From NCBI GenBank assembly GCA_963847705.1, contig CAWKBC010000047.1, positions 32,001-96,000 of the forward strand: 64,000 nucleotides of DNA, read 5' to 3'. The stretch's first letter is position 1; the number at the start of each line of letters is the position of its first letter. The stretch comes from an uncultured Pseudomonadota bacterium. Lineage in GTDB: Bacteria; Myxococcota_A; Polyangia; Fen-1088. The position numbers were made by a program, and so were the translations under genes. Below, piece after piece: positions 9,601 through 17,928 of this stretch. The notes under the pieces are model-generated. The model saw only the letters and a program-made list of their open reading frames with translations. It had not been told where the DNA came from and ran no database searches.

Positions 9601-9663
9601 CGGCCGACACGTCGTCGGGCCAGGACGCTTCGCCCACCGTCGCCTCACGGCAACGCCCGTCCT
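9601..9663. repeat. Dispersed repeat family B, copy 1
   Basis: About 53 of 64 aligned positions match 12750-12812 (manual alignment). Confidence 0.75.
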
Positions 9664-9734
9664 CACAGGACGTTGACTTAGGGCCCCTGCGGTCCCTAGG
9701 ATCCGTCTTGAGATCTATCTTGCTGCGAAGACTG

Positions 9735-10448
9735 GTGCGAAGACCAACTGGAGCAGGCCTGGTGCTCGTGGCGCTCCTCCTGATGAGTGGCCAGCCCGCG
9801 CGGGCCGCCGATCCGCGGCTCGATTCCGCCCGCGCCCACTCGCAGGTGGGCGACTCGTATTACAAGCTGGAGAAGTACCAGAACGCGATCGCCGAGTACG
9901 AGCAGGCCTACGTGGCCAAGCCGGATCCCAGCTTTCTGTACAACATCGCGCAGTGCCACCGCCTGATGGGGCAAGGGGCGGAGGCGATCAAGTTCTACCG
10001 GCGGTTTCTGAAGGACGCGCCGACCGCACCCAACCGCGCCGTCGCGGAAAAACACATCAGGGATCTCGAGGAGGCGTCGCCGGGTCCACCGCCGACGGCC
10101 CCGCCGCCCGCCGCCGCTTCGCCTCCGACGGTGATCGCACCGGCACCCGTTTCGGTCATTCCGCCGCCGGAGCCGCCGGCCGTATCGGTGCCCTCATCGT
10201 TGCCGTCCTCTTCGACCTCGCCCAGCCCGGCGTTCAACCCACTTCTACCCACTTCAGCGCCGATGTCGACGACGCCAACCGTCGAGAACGGCACGTCCTC
10301 GACACCACCCGAGTCGCGTCCGATCTATTCTAAATGGTGGTTCTGGGCGGGTGTGGGGGCCGTGGTGGTGGGTGGAATCATCTTGATCGCGGCGACGGCA
10401 AAGCACGATCCGTCGTGCCCCGGAGGGTTCACTTGTCAAGGGAACTGA
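9735..10448 (+). CDS. Secreted TPR protein with Pro-rich linker and C-terminal TM anchor
   Basis: Signal-like N-terminus, TPR (YQNAIAEYEQAY..FLYNIAQCHR), PIYSKWWFW followed by a TM helix. Start uncertain. Confidence 0.8.
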   Translation: MRRPTGAGLVLVALLLMSGQPARAADPRLDSARAHSQVGDSYYKLEKYQNAIAEYEQAYVAKPDPSFLYNIAQCHRLMGQGAEAIKFYRRFLKDAPTAPNRAVAEKHIRDLEEASPGPPPTAPPPAAASPPTVIAPAPVSVIPPPEPPAVSVPSSLPSSSTSPSPAFNPLLPTSAPMSTTPTVENGTSSTPPESRPIYSKWWFWAGVGAVVVGGIILIAATAKHDPSCPGGFTCQGN

Positions 10449-11530
10449 AACGCTGGCAGGCAATCACATTGGCGGCGGCGATCGTGCTCGTTCCGATCCT
10501 CTCGTGCAGCCAGCGGTCGCTGGTGCTGGTCACGGTCGAAGCTCCCCCGAACGTGACCTACCCGTCCGCGGTCAGCCTGGTCCTGCGGGCCAATGACCTG
10601 GCCAACGGCACGGAGACGACGACGTTCGAAAACGTCGTGTTCACCGGCGGTGTCTTCAAAGCCGGCATCTACCTTCCTTCGGACATGAGCGGCACCGTCA
10701 TGATCTCGGCGGGGGTGGATCAGGACAGCTGCCAGGTCGCCACCGGCAGCGCCAACGCGCTGGGTGTTTCGGCCGGAAATACGGTCTCGACGACGATCAT
10801 GCTCGCGGCGATCGGCTGCCTCCCCGTGGACGGCGGCGCGGGCTCGAGCGGCGCGGGCGGCAGCAAGGGCAGCGGCGGCAACGGCGCCGGCGGTGTGGCG
10901 ACAGGAACGGGCGGCGCGACCGGCAGCGGCGGCGCAGTTGGCAGCGGCGGCGTGGTCGGCAGCGGCGGTCACGGCGGAAGCGCGACCGGCGGCGTGGTCG
11001 GGACCGGTGGTGTGAACAGCGCGGGCGGCGTGATCGGCACGGGCGGTCACGGCGGAAGCGCGACCGGCGGCGTGGTCGGGACCGGTGGTGTGAGCAGCAC
11101 GGGCGGCGTGATCGGCACGGGCGGCGTGATCGGCACGGGCGGCGTGATCGGCACAGGCGGCCTCGTGGGCAGCGGCGGCAAGGGCGGCAGCGCGAGCGGC
11201 GGGACGAGCGGCACGGGCGGCGTCGTGGGGAGCGGTGGCAGCAGCGGCTGCACCTGCCCCGACCCAAACGAGATCTGCCAGCCCGGGACCACCACCTGCG
11301 TCTGCTCCCAGAGCGACAGCACGGCCTGCGCCAGCGTCACCTGCGGCACCGTCACGAACATCTGCAATCAGACCGTGCAATGCCCCGACAACTGTCCTTC
11401 CGGCTACGTCTGCGACACCACGCTCAACACCTGCCGGAAGCTGGTGACGACCGGTTGCGGTGGTTCAGTGGCCACCGGAACGGGCAACATTGTGGGGACA
11501 GAGGCCGCGATCTGCCCCCTGACCGACTAG
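10445..11530 (+). CDS. Gly-rich/Cys-rich putative lipoprotein
   Basis: Lipobox-like ILSC, GTGG/GSGG repeat linker and Cys-rich C-terminus. Start uncertain. Confidence 0.7.
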   Translation: MKRWQAITLAAAIVLVPILSCSQRSLVLVTVEAPPNVTYPSAVSLVLRANDLANGTETTTFENVVFTGGVFKAGIYLPSDMSGTVMISAGVDQDSCQVATGSANALGVSAGNTVSTTIMLAAIGCLPVDGGAGSSGAGGSKGSGGNGAGGVATGTGGATGSGGAVGSGGVVGSGGHGGSATGGVVGTGGVNSAGGVIGTGGHGGSATGGVVGTGGVSSTGGVIGTGGVIGTGGVIGTGGLVGSGGKGGSASGGTSGTGGVVGSGGSSGCTCPDPNEICQPGTTTCVCSQSDSTACASVTCGTVTNICNQTVQCPDNCPSGYVCDTTLNTCRKLVTTGCGGSVATGTGNIVGTEAAICPLTD

Positions 11531-11542
11531 GCCGCCTCTCAC

Positions 11543-11797
11543 GATTCGTCACATCCCCGGTGCCGAGCTCGCGTTCCGGATTCGTCACATCGCCGGTGCC
11601 GAGCTCGCGTTCCGCGCTCCCCTTCTCGGTCGATTGCCACTTCACGCGCGTTCCACGCTCCCATTCCAGTCGATTGTCACTTCACGAGCGTACATCCGCC
11701 GAATCAAGCCGCGCGCCCTGCGAACCCTTCGCGCCCTGCGAAACCCTCGCGTCTGGGAACCCTTCGCGCCCGGCAAACCCCTCGCGCCCTGCGCAAC
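11543..11797. repeat. Three stacked tandem repeats (2x36 bp, 2x~40 bp, ~5x18 bp)
   Basis: GATTCGTCACATCSCCGGTGCCGAGCTCGCGTTCCG x2; CGCTCCC..GTCGATTGYCACTTCACG x2; CGCGCCCTGCGAACCCTT-like x5. Confidence 0.85.
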
Positions 11798-11825
11798 TCG
11801 GCGCCTCCCGCGCCGAAGACAGAAC

Positions 11826-12524
11826 ATGCGCGCAATCAAGTCGGGACGGACTCGACAGCTGGGGCTGCCCATTCCGGCGGCGAGAACGTGGGGCGGGGCT
11901 CGGAAAGGCGCCGGCCGGAAGCCGCGCGGCCGACCGTCGATGCCGCACATCACGCGACCCAAGATCGACCCGCGATATCCGGTGCAGCTCACCATCCGGG
12001 CCACGCCCGGGCTGCCGTCGCTTCGCTCCCCCCGGCTGTTCGGCGCGCTCCGGCGGGCCATCGCCCGGGCCTCGATCGATCGCTTTCGAATCGTCCATTT
12101 CTCGATCCAGCAGGATCACGGACACTTCATCGTCGAGGGAGACGAGCCGCGCCGGACCCGCGGCGGCATGCATGGCCTCGCGATCCGCCTGGCGCTGGCG
12201 GTGAATCGCGCGCTCGGCCGCCGGGGGAGGGTGGTTGGCGATCGGTACCACGCCCGCCCGCTCACGACGCCGCGGCAGACGCGGGCGAGCATGGTGTACG
12301 TGCTGCTCAACTTCCGGAAGCACCTGCGTGCGCCCCCGTGCATCGACCCACGGAGCTCCGGGCCACACTTTTCAGGGTGGCAGCGAGGACCGGAGCCCAC
12401 GGAGCTCGCGCCGGCCACGGCCCTGCCGTCCACCTGGATGGCGCGCGTCGGTTGGCGGCGCGCCGGCGGGCCGTTGCGGGTCGAGGAACGGCCGGCCGCA
12501 GCTCCGCGACCGCACCCCACTTGA
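11826..12524 (+). CDS. REP-associated tyrosine transposase-like (Y1 HUH) protein
   Basis: WGGARKGAGRKP N-terminus; RIVHFSIQQDHGHFIVE HUH motif; DRYHARPL; catalytic Tyr in VYVLLN. Confidence 0.85.
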   Translation: MRAIKSGRTRQLGLPIPAARTWGGARKGAGRKPRGRPSMPHITRPKIDPRYPVQLTIRATPGLPSLRSPRLFGALRRAIARASIDRFRIVHFSIQQDHGHFIVEGDEPRRTRGGMHGLAIRLALAVNRALGRRGRVVGDRYHARPLTTPRQTRASMVYVLLNFRKHLRAPPCIDPRSSGPHFSGWQRGPEPTELAPATALPSTWMARVGWRRAGGPLRVEERPAAAPRPHPT

Positions 12525-12547
12525 TTAGGCGGATGTTGCGGGGGGCA

Positions 12548-12682
12548 GCCGCGCGCGCCCAACGGCCTGCCCCCGAGGCCCACCGGCTCGGAGGCCGCGC
12601 GCGCCCAACGGCCTGCCCCCGAGGCCCAACGGCTCGGAGGCCGCGCGCGCCCAACGGCCTGCCCCCGAGGCCCACCGGCTCG
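12548..12682. repeat. 46-bp tandem repeat, about 3 copies
   Basis: Unit GCCGCGCGCGCCCAACGGCCTGCCCCCGAGGCCCAMCGGCTCGGAG. Confidence 0.9.
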
Positions 12683-12749
12683 AAACCCAACGGCGCGAGG
12701 AGTCGCCGAGGGATCGCCAAGACGTGACGAATCGTGAGAGGCCGCTTAC

Positions 12750-12812
12750 CGGGCGGCACGTCGTCGGGCATGGTTCGCTTCGCTCACCGTCGCCTTTCGG
12801 CGACGCCCTCCT
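12750..12812. repeat. Dispersed repeat family B, copy 2
   Basis: CACGTCGTCGGGC..CGCTTCGCTCACCGTCGCCTTTCGGCGACGCCC, homologous to 9601-9663. Confidence 0.75.
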
Positions 12813-12907
12813 GGCCGTTGCTGACTCCCAGGGGGTCACCGTGAAATGGCTCGTCGTCGTGGTGGTGGTCTACACTGCGGTGGCGATGTTGCGTTCCGCG
12901 GTTCGAG

Positions 12908-14365
12908 ATGGCTAGCCCGCTGTTCGCCACCAAATCGATCGACGCCCTGCGCGCCGACGCGGCCGGCGAGCATGGGCTCAAGCGGGCGCTCGGCGCGATG
13001 GACCTGATGCTGCTCGGTGTGGGAGCCATCATCGGCACCGGAATCTTCGTGCTCACCGGACAGGCCGCCGCCGACAACGCTGGGCCGGCGGTGGTGCTGT
13101 CGTTCGTCGCGGCCGGGATCGCCTCGGGCTTCGCCGGTCTCTGCTACTCCGAGATGGCCTCGATGATCCCGATCGCCGGCAGCGCCTACACCTATTCGTA
13201 CGCCACGATGGGCGAGCTCGTCGCCTGGATCATCGGCTGGGATCTGATCCTCGAGTACATGGTCGCCTCGGCGGCGGTCAGCGTCGGCTGGTCGGGTTAC
13301 GCCGTGGCGTTCGTCCATGACGTCCTGGGCATCACGTTGTCGCCGGCCTGGACGCGCGCACCGTTCGAATACAACGAGGTGCTGAGGCAATTTCATTCCA
13401 CCGGCGCGGTGTTGAACATCCCCGCCATGTTGATCACCGCGGTGGTGACGACGATCCTGGTCATCGGCATCAAAGAATCGGCGCGCTTCAACACCGTCAT
13501 CGTCACCATCAAGGTCGCGGTGGTGCTGATGTTCATCGCCTTCTGCGCGCGGTTCGTGAACACCGCCAACTGGCACCCGTTCATCCCGCCCGAGCAGGCG
13601 CGCGGCCACTTCGGGTTTTCGGGCGTCATGCGCGGCGCGGCCCGGGTCTTCTTCGCCTACATCGGGTTCGACGCCGTCTCCACCGCCGCGCAGGAGGCCA
13701 AGAACCCGCAGCGCGATCTGCCGATCGGGATCCTCGGATCGCTGGCGATCTGCACCGTCCTCTACGTGGCCGTCTCTCTGATCCTGACCGGCATCGTCCC
13801 CTACTCGCATCTCGGGGTTCCCCATCCGATCGCCGTCGGGGTCGAGGCGACCGGGCAGCTCTGGCTGGTGACGTTCGTCGAGATCGGCGCCATCGCCGGT
13901 CTGTCGTCGGTGATGCTGGTGATGATGCTGGGACAGCCGCGCATCTTCTTCTCGATGGCGGTCGACGGCCTGCTGCCGCCGGGCGCGGCGCGCGTGCACC
14001 CACGCTTCGGAACTCCCTGGGTCACGACGATCATCACCGGGGTGGTGGTGGCGGTGGGCGGCGGGCTGCTGCCGGTCGGGGTCCTCAGTCAGCTCACGTC
14101 GGTGGGGACTTTGTTCGCCTTCGTGCTGGTCAGTCTGGGCGTCATGATCCTGCGCCTCAAGCGTCCGGACATCCCGCGCGGCTTCCGCGTGCCCGGCGGC
14201 ACCTATCTGGTGCCCCTCTGCGGCGCCGCCACGTCGACCTACCTGATGCTCCAGGAGACGATCAGCACCCTCATCCGCCTGTTCGGCTGGATGGCGATCG
14301 GCCTCGTCATCTACGCGTTCTACGGCCGCAAACACTCCAAGCTGACGTCAAATCGGGGACCCTGA
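12908..14365 (+). CDS. APC-family amino acid permease
   Basis: GAIIGTGIF, AGSAYTY and FFAYIGFDAVST motifs; about 12 TM helices. Confidence 0.93.
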   Translation: MASPLFATKSIDALRADAAGEHGLKRALGAMDLMLLGVGAIIGTGIFVLTGQAAADNAGPAVVLSFVAAGIASGFAGLCYSEMASMIPIAGSAYTYSYATMGELVAWIIGWDLILEYMVASAAVSVGWSGYAVAFVHDVLGITLSPAWTRAPFEYNEVLRQFHSTGAVLNIPAMLITAVVTTILVIGIKESARFNTVIVTIKVAVVLMFIAFCARFVNTANWHPFIPPEQARGHFGFSGVMRGAARVFFAYIGFDAVSTAAQEAKNPQRDLPIGILGSLAICTVLYVAVSLILTGIVPYSHLGVPHPIAVGVEATGQLWLVTFVEIGAIAGLSSVMLVMMLGQPRIFFSMAVDGLLPPGAARVHPRFGTPWVTTIITGVVVAVGGGLLPVGVLSQLTSVGTLFAFVLVSLGVMILRLKRPDIPRGFRVPGGTYLVPLCGAATSTYLMLQETISTLIRLFGWMAIGLVIYAFYGRKHSKLTSNRGP

Positions 14366-14487
14366 GAGGGGCCCGCGGGCCCCCGCGAAGAACTCCACGC
14401 CACCCCACGCGGGCGCACCCGCGGTGGGGACCCCGCGCCGGGCCAAGCCCGGCTCCGTCCACGCGATCACCTTTTCTGGTTCTAACG

Positions 14488-15297
14488 TCAGCGGCGGCGG
14501 TGGTGGGCCAGGGTGCGGCGCGAGGCTTCCGCGGTGGTGAAGCTGGGCGGAATCCTGAAGTTCGCGCGCACGACGTGGCCGGGCAGGCCGACCGACATGC
14601 GCCAGCCGCGGATCGTTTGCACGGCGCAGTCGCCGGCGTCCTCGTCGATCGCGGCCGCCGTCGCCAGGCCGACGGAGCCGAGCGCGCCGTTCGACTCGAT
14701 GTAGATCATGGCGTTCACCTGCTCGGAGGCGATCTGCCCGCAGGCCGCCAGCTGCGGCAGCAGCGTGGCCACGTCGCGGTCCACCTTGGGACCGTCGACG
14801 TCGAGGATCTCCATCCCGCTCTCCGAGCGGAATTCGACCGGGTACTCGAAGGTCGTCGCCTTGTTGCCGTTCGGCGCGTGGAAACGAATCTTGCGCCCGA
14901 CCTCGACCAGGCAGCGCTCCACGTCGTAGTTGCCGAGCGTCGACTCGAGCACCCAGACGTCCTGCGCGGCGCCGTCGCCGGCGACCATGAACCGGAGCAG
15001 CACCTTGCCACCCGCGTAGCGCTGCGCCTTGCCCGCGCGCGTGTAGCAGGCACGCACGTCGTCGAAGTGCTCCTGCAGCGTCGCTTCGACGTCGTCGGTG
15101 TCCATGACGCCGATCTCGTTGTCGAGCGTCATCGAGGCGCCTGGGTCGACCGGTTTCGGCGCCTTGCGATGCGCCACCGCGAACTCGGGACCACCTTCCG
15201 CGTCCTTGCGGGCTCCCTTGTCGCCTCCGCACCCGATCCCCAAAAACGCGAACGCCGAAACGAACAGAGCTGCTGACTTCACTGACTTCGACTTCAT
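14488..15297 (-). CDS. AgmX/PglI C-terminal (TonB-C-like) domain lipoprotein
   Basis: Lipobox LGIGC; VRACY..GKVLLRF..VERCLVEV..FEYPVEF followed by a second similar domain. Confidence 0.75.
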   Translation of the reverse strand: MKSKSVKSAALFVSAFAFLGIGCGGDKGARKDAEGGPEFAVAHRKAPKPVDPGASMTLDNEIGVMDTDDVEATLQEHFDDVRACYTRAGKAQRYAGGKVLLRFMVAGDGAAQDVWVLESTLGNYDVERCLVEVGRKIRFHAPNGNKATTFEYPVEFRSESGMEILDVDGPKVDRDVATLLPQLAACGQIASEQVNAMIYIESNGALGSVGLATAAAIDEDAGDCAVQTIRGWRMSVGLPGHVVRANFRIPPSFTTAEASRRTLAHHRRR

Positions 15298-15429
15298 GTA
15301 CACCTTGGGCCGGGGGTCCCTGGCGAGCTTTGGAGCGTCCTTCAGACAATTCCCATCGACGGAAGTTCCGGCAAGAGGAGACAAATTTCCGTTCCGCCTG
15401 AATTCCGCCCACTTGCCCGCGCGGCTCCG

Positions 15430-15456
15430 TGGTTGCGCAACACAGTTGCGCAACCA
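15430..15456. promoter_or_regulatory. Perfect palindromic operator-like site
   Basis: TGGTTGCGCAAC-ACA-GTTGCGCAACCA in the AT-richer region upstream of 14488..15297. Confidence 0.55.
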
Positions 15457-15613
15457 TTTCGGGGCTTTAGCAGCCTTCTTCCTCGTCCTTCCGTCGTTCC
15501 TCGGAGCAGATCCGGATTCTCTCGATTTCTCCGGTGTACGGCCCTTTCGAAAACGGCTCACCAAAACGGCCAGCATTCCCGCCGTTTTTTGCAGTGCTGC
15601 TTCTCGGGCAAAC

Positions 15614-15954
15614 GTGAACCGCATTACGCGCGCGTGTCTCCAGTCAACCGCATTACGCGCGCGTCCCCCAGGTGAACGGGGTTACGCGCGCGCGCCTCCA
15701 GTCAACCGCATCGTGCGCGCGTCCCCCAGGTGAACGGGGTTACGCGCGCGCCTCCAGTCAACCGCATCGTGCGCGCGTCCCCCCCGTGAACGGGGTTACG
15801 CGCGCGCGCCTCCAGTCAACCGCATCGCCCGCGCGTCCCCCCCGTGAACGGGGTTACGCGCGCGCCGCTGCTCGCGTCACCCACGGCGCTCGTCCGAGCG
15901 TGAACCGCGTTACGCGCGCGTCGCTGCTCGCGTCACTCACGGCGCTCGTCCGAG
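15614..15954. repeat. Tandem array of ~29-bp subunits (56-58-bp period)
   Basis: Four pairs of GTGAAC..TTACGCGCGCG..CTCCA / GTCAACCGCAT..GCGCGCGTCCCCC, then 2x56 bp (15843-15954). Confidence 0.9.
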
Positions 15955-16074
15955 CGTGGGCTTTTTCGGCGGCGCGGGATGCCCTTCAATACGCGAGACG
16001 CATCCCGCGCCGCCGAAAAAGCTTCGTGCGAAGGCAGCGGAGGAGCGAGCGCCAACGCGAGATCCGCACGAAGC
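15907..16074. repeat. Dispersed double-hairpin element family A, copy 2
   Basis: 77 bp identical to 919-995; second stem at 16021-16030/16065-16074. Confidence 0.9.
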
Positions 16075-16272
16075 GCAACTCGCGTTATTTGAAGAAGCAG
16101 GCGCGCACCGAGGCCGTCAGGCGCGCGGCGAGGTCATCAGGCGCGAGTCAGGGTCATCAGGCGCGAGGGCCGGGCGCGGCCGCTCGACCGCGGCGGCGGC
16201 CCAGGCGATTGCGCGGGCTCCGCGAGGCTCCGCCGAGCGGAGCCCCGGAGCCCCGTGAGCCCGCGAGCCCGG

Positions 16273-16734
16273 TCAGTACGCCGGTTCGAACCGATACACG
16301 TACTGCATGGTCCCGGTCTGGGCGACCTGCGGGTACTCGAAGTCGTTGAGCTTCTCGACCAGGCAGTCGCTGACCTCTTTGTTGTTCAGCGTCCCGCCGG
16401 TGACCTTGGCGGTGGCCTTGCCGGCCGGGGTCAGCTCCAGGAGCACGATGACCGTCCCCTTGAACGCGCGATCGTGCTTCTCGTCGAGCACGTCCTGATA
16501 GCAGCGCAGCGTCGACGGATCGCGCTGCTGCAGGAGCAGCTGCACCTCCGCCTCCTTGTCGGGCGAGATGCCGCCGGTCTGTGCCGCCACCTCGTTGTTC
16601 TTGACGACGCGAACGCTCCGCTCGTTGCTGTCCGACGTCTCCGCGCACGCGGCGACGGTCAACGTCGACAGCAGCGCCAGAGCGGCGATTTCGGAGCCAA
16701 ACAACCTACGTGTCACTGCGGCGATCGAACCCAT
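16273..16734 (-). CDS. AgmX/PglI C-terminal domain lipoprotein
   Basis: Lipobox VAAC; LRCYQDVL..FKGTV..VSDCLVEKL..QYVYRF. Confidence 0.75.
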   Translation of the reverse strand: MGSIAAVTRRLFGSEIAALALLSTLTVAACAETSDSNERSVRVVKNNEVAAQTGGISPDKEAEVQLLLQQRDPSTLRCYQDVLDEKHDRAFKGTVIVLLELTPAGKATAKVTGGTLNNKEVSDCLVEKLNDFEYPQVAQTGTMQYVYRFEPAY

Positions 16735-16773
16735 GGACGACCCTCCTCGACGGAGGCGACCTTAGCCCCAGGT

Positions 16774-17928
16774 TCACTCCTTGAGCAAGGCCGAAGCGAT
16801 CACCAGCCGCTGGATCTCGCTGGTCCCCTCGTAGATCTCGGTGATCTTCGCGTCGCGGAAGTGGCGCTCCGCCGGGTAATCACGCAGGTAGCCATAGCCG
16901 CCGAAGATCTGCACCGTCTCCTTGGCGGCCCGGTTGGCGACCTCCGAGGCGAACAGCTTGGCCATCGAGGCCTCGGTCGAGTAGGCGCCGCCGCTGTCCT
17001 TCTTGACCGCCGCCCGCCAGAGCAGCATCCGCGCCGCCTCGATCTCCGTGCGCATGTCGGCCAGCTTGAACTGGATGGCCTGGTGCTCGGCGATCGGCTG
17101 GCCGAAGGTCTTTCGCTCGCGCGCGTAGCGGACAGCGTCCTCGAAGGCGGCCCGCGCGATCCCCAGCGCCTGCGCCGCGATTCCGATCCGCCCGCCGTCG
17201 AGCGCGCGCATGGCGAGCTTGAATCCGTCGCCCTCCGGGCCGAGCCGTGCGTCGTCGCCGACGGCGCAGTCGGTCAGGAAAACCTGCGCGCTGGGCGCGC
17301 CGCGGATCCCCAGCTTGTCGTCGGGCGGCCCCAGCGTCAGCCCCGGGCTGTCCATCGGCACCAGGAAGGCGGTGATGCCGCGCCCGCCCTTCGTCGGATC
17401 GGTCGTGGCCAGCACGATCGCCAGATCGGCGACCGGTGCGTTGGTGATGAAGTTCTTGGTGCCGTTCAGGACCCAGCGGACCGCGCCGCCCCGGTTTTCG
17501 CGCACGGCGCGCGTCCGCTGCGCCTTGGCGTCGGATCCCGCCTCCGGCTCGGAGAGGGCGAAGCAGCCGATCTTTCGCCCCGCCGCCAGATCGGGCAGCC
17601 AGCGCGCGCGCTGGTCATCGGTCCCTTCTTTGAGAATGGGGGCTGCCACCAGCGAGCTCTGCACCGACATGGCCACCGCCGTCGAGGCGCAGGCGCGCGC
17701 GATCTCCTCCAGCGCCACCGCGTAGGAGAGCGCGTCCATTCCGGCGCCGCCCCACCGCTCGGGGACCATGATCCCGAGCAGCCCCAGCTCGCCGAGGCGC
17801 GAGAAGATCTTGCGCGGGAATTCGTGGGTGCGATCGATCTCGGCGGCCTGCGGCGCGATCTCGCGGGTCGCCAGATCGCGCGCGGTGTCCCGGATCATCT
17901 TCTGTTCGGGGGAGAGCTCGAAGTTCAT
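16774..17928 (-). CDS. Acyl-CoA dehydrogenase (short-chain type)
   Basis: CFALSEPEAGSD, GGRIGIAAQALG, QIFGGYGY and IYEGTSEIQR motifs. Confidence 0.95.
   Translation of the reverse strand: MNFELSPEQKMIRDTARDLATREIAPQAAEIDRTHEFPRKIFSRLGELGLLGIMVPERWGGAGMDALSYAVALEEIARACASTAVAMSVQSSLVAAPILKEGTDDQRARWLPDLAAGRKIGCFALSEPEAGSDAKAQRTRAVRENRGGAVRWVLNGTKNFITNAPVADLAIVLATTDPTKGGRGITAFLVPMDSPGLTLGPPDDKLGIRGAPSAQVFLTDCAVGDDARLGPEGDGFKLAMRALDGGRIGIAAQALGIARAAFEDAVRYARERKTFGQPIAEHQAIQFKLADMRTEIEAARMLLWRAAVKKDSGGAYSTEASMAKLFASEVANRAAKETVQIFGGYGYLRDYPAERHFRDAKITEIYEGTSEIQRLVIASALLKE

Larger units (their letters stand above)
11531..12745. mobile_element. Inverted-repeat-bounded HUH transposase module
   Basis: GCCGCCTCTCACGATTCGTCACATC (11531-11555) is the reverse complement of 12721-12745 at 23 of 25 positions. 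Confidence 0.65.

Noticed and set aside
10830-11245. Gly-rich tandem repeats as a novel element
   Set aside because: This is an ordinary GTGG/GSGG linker of myxobacterial lipoproteins.
14366-14470. Structured RNA between the permease and the lipoprotein
   Set aside because: GC hairpins are present between convergent genes, but I saw no second copy or recognisable motif.
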